Positions 48,641 to 57,700 of a DNA stretch of 64,000 bases are shown in pieces. The notes beneath the pieces are model-generated. The model saw only the letters and a list, made by a program, of their open reading frames with translations, made no database searches and had not been told where the DNA came from. Every line of letters begins with the position of its first letter. Position 1 is the first letter of the stretch. The stretch spans positions 150,258 to 214,257 of the forward strand of contig NZ_JBHIWR010000005.1 of the NCBI RefSeq assembly GCF_041987405.1, given 5' to 3'. Made by a program: the position numbers and the translations under genes. Source of the DNA: Pseudooceanicola sp. GTDB lineage: Bacteria > Pseudomonadota > Alphaproteobacteria > Rhodobacterales > Rhodobacteraceae.

Positions 48641-50236
48641 ATGGCCCCCAAAGTACTCGTTTCCGACAAACTCAGCGAAACCGCCGTGCAGATCTTCCGC
48701 GATCGCGGCATCGACGTTGATTTCATGCCCGACCTGGGCAAGGACAAGGACAAATTGGCCGAGGTGATCGGCCAGTATGACGGTCTCGCCATCCGGTCCG
48801 CCACCAAGGTCACACCGTCCCTTCTGGAGCACGCCACGAACCTCAAGGTCGTCGGCCGCGCCGGGATCGGCACCGACAACGTCGACAAGGACGCCGCCTC
48901 CAAGAAGGGCGTGATCGTCATGAACACCCCCTTCGGCAACATGATCACCACCGCCGAACATGCCATCGCGATGATGTTCGCCGTGGCACGTCAGATCCCC
49001 GAGGCCTCGGCCTCGACCCATGCGGGCAAGTGGGAGAAGTCGAAGTTCATGGGGGTCGAGCTGACCGGCAAGACCCTGGGCGTGATCGGGGCCGGCAATA
49101 TCGGCGGCATCGTCTGCGACCGCGCCCGTGGGCTGAAGATGAAAGTCGTGGCCTATGACCCCTATCTGGGTGAGGAGAAAGCCGACAAGATGGGCGTCGA
49201 GAAGGTCGAGCTGGAGGAGCTGCTCACCCGTGCCGACTTCATCACCCTGCATGTCCCGCTGACCGATGCGACGCGCAATATCCTCAGCAAGGAAAACCTG
49301 GCCAAGACCAAGAAGGGCGTGCGGATCATCAACTGTGCCCGCGGCGGTCTGGTGGACGAGGCGGCGCTGGCAGAGATGCTGAAATCCGGCCATGTCGCCG
49401 GGGCGGCCTTCGACGTCTTTGCCGAAGAGCCGGCGAAGGACAACGTCCTCTTCAACCTGCCGAACGTCGTCTGCACCCCGCACTTGGGCGCCTCGACCTC
49501 GGAGGCGCAGGAAAACGTCGCGCTTCAGGTGGCCGAGCAGATGTCGAACTATCTGATCGACGGCGCGGTGGAGAACGCGCTGAACATGCCCTCGATGACC
49601 GCCGAAGAGGCAAAGGTCATGGGCCCCTGGGTCAAGCTGGCCGGGCATCTGGGCGCCTTCATCGGCCAGATGACGGATGAACCGGTCAAGGCGATCAATA
49701 TACTCTACGACGGGACGGTCGCGGATATGAACCTGGCGGCGCTGAACTGCTCGGTCATTGCCGGGATCATGAAGCGGGCCAACCCGGATGTTAACCTCGT
49801 CTCCGCGCCTGTCGTGGCGAAGGAGCGGGGCATCCAGATTTCCACCACCAACCAGGACAAATCGGGCGCATTCGACGGTTATATCAAGGTGACCGTGGTG
49901 ACCGAAAAGCGCGAACGCTCCATCGCCGGCACCGTCTTCTCCGACGGCAAGCCGCGGTTCATCCAGATCAAGGGTATCAACATCGACGCCGAGGTGGGCG
50001 AGCATATGCTCTACACCACCAACGAGGACGTGCCGGGCATCATCGGCACCCTCGGTGCGACCATGGGCAAGGGCGGCGTGAACATCGCCAACTTTACCCT
50101 GGGCCGGGCCAATGCCGGCGGTGAGGCGATTGCGCTGCTCTACCTCGATGAGGCGCCGAATGCGGCGGTTCTGAAGGAGCTGGAGGGCACCGGCCTCTTC
50201 CGTCAGATCAAGCCGCTGGAATTCGATCTGGCCTGA
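48641..50236 (+). CDS. serA: D-3-phosphoglycerate dehydrogenase
   Basis: IRSATKVT, GRAGIGTDNVD, GAGNIG, NCARGG, TPHLGAST, C-terminal ACT region. Confidence 0.96.
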   Translation: MAPKVLVSDKLSETAVQIFRDRGIDVDFMPDLGKDKDKLAEVIGQYDGLAIRSATKVTPSLLEHATNLKVVGRAGIGTDNVDKDAASKKGVIVMNTPFGNMITTAEHAIAMMFAVARQIPEASASTHAGKWEKSKFMGVELTGKTLGVIGAGNIGGIVCDRARGLKMKVVAYDPYLGEEKADKMGVEKVELEELLTRADFITLHVPLTDATRNILSKENLAKTKKGVRIINCARGGLVDEAALAEMLKSGHVAGAAFDVFAEEPAKDNVLFNLPNVVCTPHLGASTSEAQENVALQVAEQMSNYLIDGAVENALNMPSMTAEEAKVMGPWVKLAGHLGAFIGQMTDEPVKAINILYDGTVADMNLAALNCSVIAGIMKRANPDVNLVSAPVVAKERGIQISTTNQDKSGAFDGYIKVTVVTEKRERSIAGTVFSDGKPRFIQIKGINIDAEVGEHMLYTTNEDVPGIIGTLGATMGKGGVNIANFTLGRANAGGEAIALLYLDEAPNAAVLKELEGTGLFRQIKPLEFDLA

Positions 50237-50267
50237 TCCGGATCGATCCGGCATCAACAACATCAGG

Positions 50268-50295
50268 CGCCGCCCGGTCTGTCGGGCGGCGTTTT
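50268..50295 (+). terminator. Intrinsic terminator after serA
   Basis: CGCCGCCCG-GTCTGT-CGGGCGGCG-TTTT. Confidence 0.8.
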
Positions 50296-50318
50296 GATTG
50301 GACAGGCAAGGTGAGACG

Positions 50319-51074
50319 ATGACGATCTATGCGGTTGGCGACATTCACGGGCATAGGGCATTGCTGGACGACGTCATTGCCCGGATCGACCGGGATGGCG
50401 GCACCAAGGCGGAGGTCGTCTTCATCGGCGATTACATCGACCGCGGGCCGGACAGTCGCGGCGTGATCGAGACGCTGATCCGGGGTCAGCAGGAGGGGCG
50501 GCGCTGGACCTGCCTGCTGGGCAATCATGACCGGATGTTCGGAAATTTCCTCGACAGCGGCACCATCTCACACCCCAGCATCAAGAGCGGGCTGGGATGG
50601 ACGCACGACAGGCTGGGCGGGCTGGAGACGCTGGCCAGTTATGGCCTCGACGCGGGTGCGGGGCGGGACATCCTGGCCCTCTGGTCCGAGGCGGCAGAGG
50701 CCGTGCCGCAGGCGCATCGCGATTTCCTGGGCTCCTGTCCGTTATTTGCGGAACGCGACGGGCTGCTCTTCGTTCATGCGGGGATCCGGCCGGGTGTCGC
50801 CCTGGCAGATCAGTTGGAGGAGGATCTGATCTGGATTCGCGACGATTTCCTGATGCACCGGGCGGCGCATGACTGGATGGTCGTGCATGGGCATACCGCC
50901 GTGCAGGGTGCCGATCATCGGGGCAACCGGGTCAATCTGGATGGCGGGGCGGGTTATGGCCGACCGCTGCGCGTGGCGGCCTTCGAGGCGGGCGAAGTGT
51001 TTGAACTGACGCCACAGGGGCGAGAGAAGCTGACCCCGGGAAGCTGGGGCGCCGCGCCCGACTGGGCCGCCTGA
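50319..51074 (+). CDS. Metallophosphoesterase (Ser/Thr phosphatase family)
   Basis: GDIHG, GDYIDRG, GNHD, FVHAG, HGHT. Confidence 0.92.
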   Translation: MTIYAVGDIHGHRALLDDVIARIDRDGGTKAEVVFIGDYIDRGPDSRGVIETLIRGQQEGRRWTCLLGNHDRMFGNFLDSGTISHPSIKSGLGWTHDRLGGLETLASYGLDAGAGRDILALWSEAAEAVPQAHRDFLGSCPLFAERDGLLFVHAGIRPGVALADQLEEDLIWIRDDFLMHRAAHDWMVVHGHTAVQGADHRGNRVNLDGGAGYGRPLRVAAFEAGEVFELTPQGREKLTPGSWGAAPDWAA

Positions 51075-51188
51075 GAATGCGCCTGCGACAGGTCGCCCCC
51101 GCCCTTCGCGTTGCATGTGCCGGGTGAAAGGGGAATAACACTGCCAACTGCGCCGGGGACAGCCCCCGCGCCCGAACGGGAGGTTTCC

Positions 51189-52367
51189 ATGGAAGATATC
51201 GTCATTCTCAGCGGTGCTCGGACTGCGATCGGCACATTCGGCGGCAGCCTGGCTGCCCTGCCCCCGATCGAAACCGGCACCGCCGTCGCCAAGGCCGCTC
51301 TGGACCGCGCCGGGGTCGAAGGCGCGCAGATCGGCCATGTCGCCTATGGCCATGTCATTAACACCGAGCCGCGCGACATGTACCTGTCCCGCGTGGCGGC
51401 CATGCAGGCTGGCATTCCCGACAGTACGCCGGCGATGAACGTCAACAGGCTGTGTGGGTCCGGCGCGCAGGCCATCGTGTCGGTGGTTCAGTCGCTGATG
51501 CTGGGCGATGCGGACTTTGGCCTGGCCGGCGGGGCGGAGGCGATGTCGCGCTCGCCCTATATCGTGCAGGACCAGAGGTGGGGCGCCAAGATGGGCGACA
51601 TCCGCACGCTGGACATGATGCTGGGCGCGCTGAACTGCCCATTCGGCACCGGGCATATGGGGATCACGGCGGAGAATGTCTCGGCCGAGCATGACGTGAG
51701 CCGCGCCTCCCAGGACGCCTTCGCGCTGGAGAGCCAGCAGCGGGCAGCCAAGGCCATCGAAGAGGGCCGCTTCAAGGAGCAGATCGTGCCCGTCACCATC
51801 AAGGTGAAGCGGCAGGAGGTGGATTTTGACACCGACGAACACGTGAAGCCCGGCACCACGCTGGAAGGGCTGGCCGGCCTGCGCCCCGCCTTCCAGAAGG
51901 ACGGGACGGTCACGGCGGGCAATGCCTCCGGCATCAATGACGGGGCGGCGGCGCTGGTGCTGGCGCGGGCCTCGGCGGCGGAGAAGGCGGGGCTGAAACC
52001 GCGGGCGCGGGTGCTGGGCTATGCCCATGCCGGCGTGCGCCCCGAGGTCATGGGCATCGGCCCGGTGCCGGCGGTGGAAATGCTGCTGAAACGCACCGGC
52101 CTGTCGGTCGAGGATTTCGACGTGATCGAGTCGAACGAGGCTTTCGCGGCGCAGGCACTTGCCGTGAACGCGGGTCTGGGGCTGGATGCGGCCAAGGTGA
52201 ACCCGAACGGCGGCGCGATTGCCCTTGGTCACCCGGTCGGGGCGACCGGCGCGATCATCACGGTCAAGGCGATGTACGAGCTGGAGCGGATCGGCGGGTC
52301 CAAGGCGCTGATCACCATGTGCATCGGCGGCGGCCAGGGGATTGCGCTGGCGATTGAGCGGATCTGA
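51189..52367 (+). CDS. Acetyl-CoA C-acyltransferase (thiolase, BktB-like)
   Basis: [42 protein letters not shown]. Confidence 0.94.
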   Translation: MEDIVILSGARTAIGTFGGSLAALPPIETGTAVAKAALDRAGVEGAQIGHVAYGHVINTEPRDMYLSRVAAMQAGIPDSTPAMNVNRLCGSGAQAIVSVVQSLMLGDADFGLAGGAEAMSRSPYIVQDQRWGAKMGDIRTLDMMLGALNCPFGTGHMGITAENVSAEHDVSRASQDAFALESQQRAAKAIEEGRFKEQIVPVTIKVKRQEVDFDTDEHVKPGTTLEGLAGLRPAFQKDGTVTAGNASGINDGAAALVLARASAAEKAGLKPRARVLGYAHAGVRPEVMGIGPVPAVEMLLKRTGLSVEDFDVIESNEAFAAQALAVNAGLGLDAAKVNPNGGAIALGHPVGATGAIITVKAMYELERIGGSKALITMCIGGGQGIALAIERI

Positions 52368-52390
52368 CCGGCGGTCGGATAGGGCTTTGG

Positions 52391-52416
52391 CGGGCGTCCT
52401 TCGGGGCGCCCGTTTT
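52391..52416 (+). terminator. Intrinsic terminator after thiolase
   Basis: CGGGCGTCC-TTCG-GGGCGCCCG-TTTT. Confidence 0.8.
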
Positions 52417-52453
52417 GGTTTGGGGGGCGATGACGGCAGCCCATCAAAGGCGC

Positions 52454-52533
52454 GTCATCCCCGGGCTTGACCCGGAGATTTCCGGCCAGTGGCGCTTGGG
52501 GTGGGAGGTCCTCTGATCAAGTCAGAGGATGAC
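52454..52533. repeat. Two-armed palindromic element with GTCATCC/GGATGAC ends
   Basis: GTCATCCCCGGGCTTGACCCGGAGAT...GGTCCTCTGATCAAGTCAGAGGATGAC; each arm is a hairpin with a CTTGA loop. Confidence 0.8.
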
Positions 52534-52571
52534 GCCGCTCCCACGCATGTCGCGCCTCACCCCACCACGGC

Positions 52572-54767
52572 TTACTCCAGCACAACCTCCACCCGCGCGG
52601 ACCGCCCCGCCCCGTCGATCACCGCGATCTCGGTGAACCCCCGCCCGAGACCCTGCAACAGCAGCTCCCGTCCACGCGCGCCGGTCTGCATCGGGCGACC
52701 GTTGACGAGCCATGTGAACGGCGCCACCCCGTCGCGGACCCGCACCGGCACCACGCCGGCCGCGGCCAGCACCGCGCCATCGGGCGGGAAGGCGACCTGG
52801 GGCAGGTCTCGGTCTTCCACCACGCCGCGCGGACGGAAGCGTTTCAGCGGTTCCGGCAGGAGGGTCGCACCGACCAGCAGGGTTTCCGGGGGCGGCGGCG
52901 GCGGTGTCTCCAGCGTGGGCTTCAGGCGACCGAAGGCCTCGAAAAGGATCGGCGCGGCGAGGTCCCCGCCGAAGGCGCCGGGCACGGGCGTCCCGTCCGG
53001 GCGGCCCATCCAGACGCCGATCACATGCGCCCCGTCATAGCCGATGGCCCAGGCATCGCGGTGGCCGTAGCTGGTGCCGGTCTTGTAGGCCAGCCGGTTG
53101 GCGGGCGCGCCGGGCGGCGGGGCGAGACCGGCGAGGATATGTCCGACCTGCCAGGCCGAGGCGCGGGAGATCAGGCGCGGCGCGTCCACCTCCGCCACCG
53201 CGCGCCAGTGCAGGGGCCGGGTCACACCGCCATTGGCGAGGCTGGCATACAGCTGCGTCAGATCGGTGAGGGTCAGCCCCACCCCGCCCAGGGCCACGGC
53301 GAGGCCGGGCTTTCCGGTAAGGTCCGGGCGCGTGCCGGCGCGGCGCAGCGCAGCCATGAGGTTTTGCGGGCCAAGTGCTTCGGTCAGTTGCACGGCGGGC
53401 AGGTTGAGCGACAGGCGCAGGGCGTCGGCGATGCGGACCTCGCCCCGGAATTCGCCATCGAAGTTCTGCGGCGCGTAGCCGTCGAACTCCATCGGGCGGT
53501 CGGCGATCAGGGTTTCGGGATGGGCCAGACCCTGATCGAAGGCGAGGCCGTAGATCAGCGGCTTCAGGGTCGAGCCGGGCGAGCGCAGGGCTTGGGTCAT
53601 GTCGACAAAGCCCTGCCCCCGGTCGGTCAGCCCGGCAGAGCCGACGGAGGCCAGGATCTCTCCGTTACGGTGATCGGCCACAAGGATCGCGATGGATAGC
53701 CGGTCAGAGCGATTGCGCAGGCTGCGGGTGGCGAGGTCTTCGAGGCTGGCTTGCAGGGTGGCGTCGAGGGTCAGGGTCTGGAGCGGCGCATCGGGGGCTT
53801 CGGACAGTGCGCGGTCGGTCAGATGCGGGGCCAGCGCGGGGAACGGGCGGCGCGCACGGGGGGCGGTGTCTGTCATGGCGGCCCGGGCTTCGGCGGGAGT
53901 CAGGATATTTTCGGTGACCATACGCGCCAGGACGCGGTCGCGTGCAGCGGCGGCCTGCAGCGGGTGACGGTCGGGACGCCGGGCCTCGGGCGATTGCGGC
54001 AGGGCGACCAGCAGCGCGGCCTCGGCCGGGGTCAGGCGTTTCGGTTCCTTGCCGAAATAGGCGAGGGTCGCGGCGCGGATGCCTTCCAGGTTGCCGCCCA
54101 TGGGGGCGAGGTGGAGGTAGAGGGTCAGGATCTCCGCCTTGGTCATCCGCCGTTCGAGGGCGAGGGCCAGGCGGATCTGGCGCAGTTTGCCGGACCAGCT
54201 GCCGGTGCCGCTGTCCTCCAGCAGGCGGGCAGTCTGCATCGTCAGGGTAGAGCCACCGGAGACGATGCGCCCGGCCCAGAGCGACTGCCAGGCGGCACGG
54301 GCCATGGCGTAGGGATCGACGCCGGGGTGGGTCAGAAAGCGGCGGTCCTCGTAGGCCATGAGCATGGCGAGGTAGAGGGGGTCGACGCCCTTTGACGTGA
54401 TCGGAGCAGGTTGATTGCGGTTGTCGTCAAGGGCTGCGCCGTCCCGCGGGGTGGCGCATATGCGCCGCCCCAGGGGGGCGGGACGGCGCAGCCCGGCCTG
54501 CGGCCGGGCGGAACACTCTATCAAAGGTGCACCAAGAACTTTTCCTGGCCGGAGGTTTGCCATCGAACCCGCCCCGACCCGCAACCGCCAGCGTCCATCC
54601 GCCACCGTATAGACACGCAGCAGATCGCCGTCCCGATCGCGCACCTCGGCTGAGGTATCCAACAGAAGCGGCGGCAGGTCCGTCCGGTCGATCCACAGAT
54701 CGACCCGGTCCCGCGTCAGCGCCCCGGCCCAAAGGACCAGGACAAGGGCCAGCAGCGCCCGTGTCAT
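52572..54767 (-). CDS. pbpC: Penicillin-binding protein 1C with an apparent in-frame ~59-aa insertion
   Basis: ATGA overlap with the A2M stop; YEDRRFLTHPGVD, SGGSTLTMQTARLL transglycosylase motifs; SPGSTLKP, YKTGTS transpeptidase motifs; C-terminal BiPBP region. Confidence 0.93.
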   Translation of the reverse strand: MTRALLALVLVLWAGALTRDRVDLWIDRTDLPPLLLDTSAEVRDRDGDLLRVYTVADGRWRLRVGAGSMANLRPGKVLGAPLIECSARPQAGLRRPAPLGRRICATPRDGAALDDNRNQPAPITSKGVDPLYLAMLMAYEDRRFLTHPGVDPYAMARAAWQSLWAGRIVSGGSTLTMQTARLLEDSGTGSWSGKLRQIRLALALERRMTKAEILTLYLHLAPMGGNLEGIRAATLAYFGKEPKRLTPAEAALLVALPQSPEARRPDRHPLQAAAARDRVLARMVTENILTPAEARAAMTDTAPRARRPFPALAPHLTDRALSEAPDAPLQTLTLDATLQASLEDLATRSLRNRSDRLSIAILVADHRNGEILASVGSAGLTDRGQGFVDMTQALRSPGSTLKPLIYGLAFDQGLAHPETLIADRPMEFDGYAPQNFDGEFRGEVRIADALRLSLNLPAVQLTEALGPQNLMAALRRAGTRPDLTGKPGLAVALGGVGLTLTDLTQLYASLANGGVTRPLHWRAVAEVDAPRLISRASAWQVGHILAGLAPPPGAPANRLAYKTGTSYGHRDAWAIGYDGAHVIGVWMGRPDGTPVPGAFGGDLAAPILFEAFGRLKPTLETPPPPPPETLLVGATLLPEPLKRFRPRGVVEDRDLPQVAFPPDGAVLAAAGVVPVRVRDGVAPFTWLVNGRPMQTGARGRELLLQGLGRGFTEIAVIDGAGRSARVEVVLE
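54430..54526. repeat. Multi-hairpin palindromic element, copy 2 (inside pbpC coding sequence)
   Basis: Aligns with 3445-3542, and substitutions in all three stems are compensatory. Confidence 0.9.
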
Positions 54768-57700
54768 TCGCTGATCGTCACGCGGCCCGCGTCGGTCCGG
54801 GCGCGGTAGCGCGGGCGGTACATGTCCTCGACCGTGGCGGCGGGGTGGTGGTAGCTGCCCGGCGTGATGGCGCGGACGATATAGGCCAGTTGGAAGGGCT
54901 CGTCGGACCGCCATTCGATTGCCGTCAGGAACCGGTCGGAGCGGAATTCGCTATGCTCGCCCTCCTGCGGTTTCAGCCAGTCGAGGGCGCGGATGTCGCC
55001 CGCGCGCAGCAGGTTGGGGTTGTCGATCTCGAACCCGGCCGGCAGCGGGTCGTCCACCATCAGCCGCGCGCCGGTCTTCTCGAAGGGCACCACGGTCAGG
55101 ACGGTGACCAGACGATCCCCCTGCGCCACCTGCGCGGGATCGACCCTGTCACCCTCGGTCGTGAAATATTCGCGTTTGATCGCATAGCCATAGCCCCCCG
55201 CCTCGACCGGGGTGGCGGTTACGCCGATGGTGGTCAGGGTGACATCTGTCTGCGCGCTCCCCTCGTTGCGGATCGCCATGGGGGTAAAGGCCTGCGCCGC
55301 GGTCGTGCGGACGAAGGGGCCGGTGACCGGCGCGCCGTTGAGCGAGAGGTTCGCTGCGACCGGATCGTCGATCAGGGCCTTGGCGGCCAGCAGGGTCCAG
55401 GCGCTTTCCTGCGTGGACATCGGGCCGTCGCGGCTGACCACCCGCGAGATCAGGGATTGCCGGTCAATGGCGGTGGAGCCGGATTCGACGGCGAGCGAAA
55501 GAACCCCGGCCGTGTCGCGCAGGTTGGTTCCATAGTCAGCGCGGAACACCCGCTCCTCCGGCGTTTCCTGGCGTTTGGCCAACATTTTGCCCGCGATGGC
55601 GAACATGGCATCGGCGCGGGTCTGGTCGCCATACATGGCAAGCGCCGCGCCAAGCTGGGCGGCGGCGAGCGGCGTGGCAAAATCTTCGCCCTTCACGTCG
55701 GAATAATAGCGCAGGTCGCCCATATTGGCCGCCCCTTCGCGGGCGAGGACCATGAGGGCATAGGCCACGTCCTCTCCGCCGCCGTTGGTGGAGGCGTCGA
55801 AATCCGGGGCATAGTTGACCCGGTTGCGCAGGTTGTCCACCGCCATCTGGAAGGCGAGCGGGTTGACCCCGTGCCCCTCGGCGCGGGCGCGCGACAGGAA
55901 GTCGGTCACATAGGCATCCAGCCAGAAATCACCTGACGCCGCGCGCCAGAGACCGAAGGCGCCATTGGTCGCCTGCCGGGTCAGGATACGGTCGACGGCC
56001 TGGCTGATCCGTTCCTCCACCTGGCCGGGCTGGGCGAGGCCCATGGCCTGGGCCACCGACGACAAGTAGAGCAGCGGCATGGCCTTTGACGTAATCTGCT
56101 CCGTGCAGCCGTAGGGATAGCGGCTGAGCGTGGCCAGCAGCGCGGGCGCATCGACCCGGGCGAGCGGCCCGGCGGAAACCACCGCCTCCCCCGTCCCGGC
56201 GCGGTACCCGGCGAAGACATTGCTGTCGAGGGTGAAGGTATCCCCTGCCGCAAGGGTGAAGCGGCGGGTTGTCGCGACCTCCGGATCGTTGACGCGGACC
56301 GGCATGGTCAGCGTCTTGGTCAGCTGTTTGCCCGCCGGTGTGGTCAGGGCCACGGTGATTGCGTGATCCCCGGTGTCGGTCGCAGTAAAGGGGATGCGAT
56401 AGCTCTGCTTGGCCTTCTCGCCGAGGTCGAAGCCGGAGGGCACAGCGCCGGTCAGGGTCACCCCATTGGCCGCCACGTCCAGCCCCATGCGTCCCGTCGG
56501 TCCGGTGGCATGGACGATCTCCAGCAACATGGATGATTGATCGCCCGGCTGCAGGAAGCGCGGGAGCGAGGCGGTGACGACCACCGGGTCGCGGACCAGC
56601 ACATCGGCCTCCGCCGCGCCGACGCCGGATTTGCTCCAGGCGACGGCCATCAGGCGGACGGTGCCGTTGAATTCGGGCATGTCGAAGGTGACCTGCGCCG
56701 TGCCGTCAGGGCCGATGGTCAGCGGGCCGGTGAAATAGGCGACGAGGTCCTCGGTCGGCGGGGGAGACTGCAACCCGGCCGAAGAGGCCGCGTCGCCGCC
56801 GGAGCGGACCCGGCCCATGGCGCCCTGGGTGCTGTCGATCAACCGGCCATAGAGGTCGCGGATATCCATTCCGAGCCGCTGCTGGCCGAAGTAATGGCCC
56901 TGCGGATCGGGCGTTTCAAAGCCGGTGAGGTTGAGGATACCGACGTCGACGGCGGCGACCGTGACATAGGCCTCTTCACCCGAAGTGATGCCATTGACCT
57001 GGACCGTGGCGGTCAGCGGTTCACGCGGGTCAGAGGTTTCAGATGTTTCGAAACTGACAGACAGCGCCTTCTCCGCCGGGTCTACCTTGGCATGGCTCAG
57101 CCCCATGGCGCGGGTCGGCATCTGGCCTGCGGGCGCATCCATCGGACGCATGACGGAGGCGGTGACATAAGCGCCGGTGCCCCAGTCCTCGGTCACGGGA
57201 AGGTCGATCAGGTTTTCGCCCTCGACGACCTCGACCGCCTTCATGTCGATCAGCCTGTTGGCGACGACCGTCACCAGCGCGGTCCCCGCATGACGCGGCA
57301 CGAGGCGAAGCTGCGCGGTGTCGCCCTGTCGGTACTCCTCGGCGTCCAGAGACAGCTCCAGCATATCCGGCGTGGTCGTGGCGTCGGCGGGGGCGTACCA
57401 GCCGGCGTGGAAATCCTCGCTCGCAGCAATGTAGGTGCCAGCGGAGCTCTCCACGACGATCTCGTAACGGCCCCAGTCCGTGGGGGCTTCGACTTCCACC
57501 GGGTCGGTGCCGAGCGTGACGGTGCCGGAGGCGACCTCGGCCCGCGTCGTGTAGGGCTCCCACTGCCAGTTACCGTATTGGCGATACCATTGGTAGCGGG
57601 TGGTGACGCGGTTGACGGTCCAGGTGACCAGCATCTCCTGCGGGGCGAGTGCGGCGTTCAGCGCGATGAGCGAGAAGCGGGCCGTTTCACCCTCCGGCAG

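Noticed and set aside
54768-54914. N-terminal extension of the pbpC ORF
   Set aside because: Overlaps the A2M 3' end; the ATGA-coupled start at 54767 gives a normal membrane anchor
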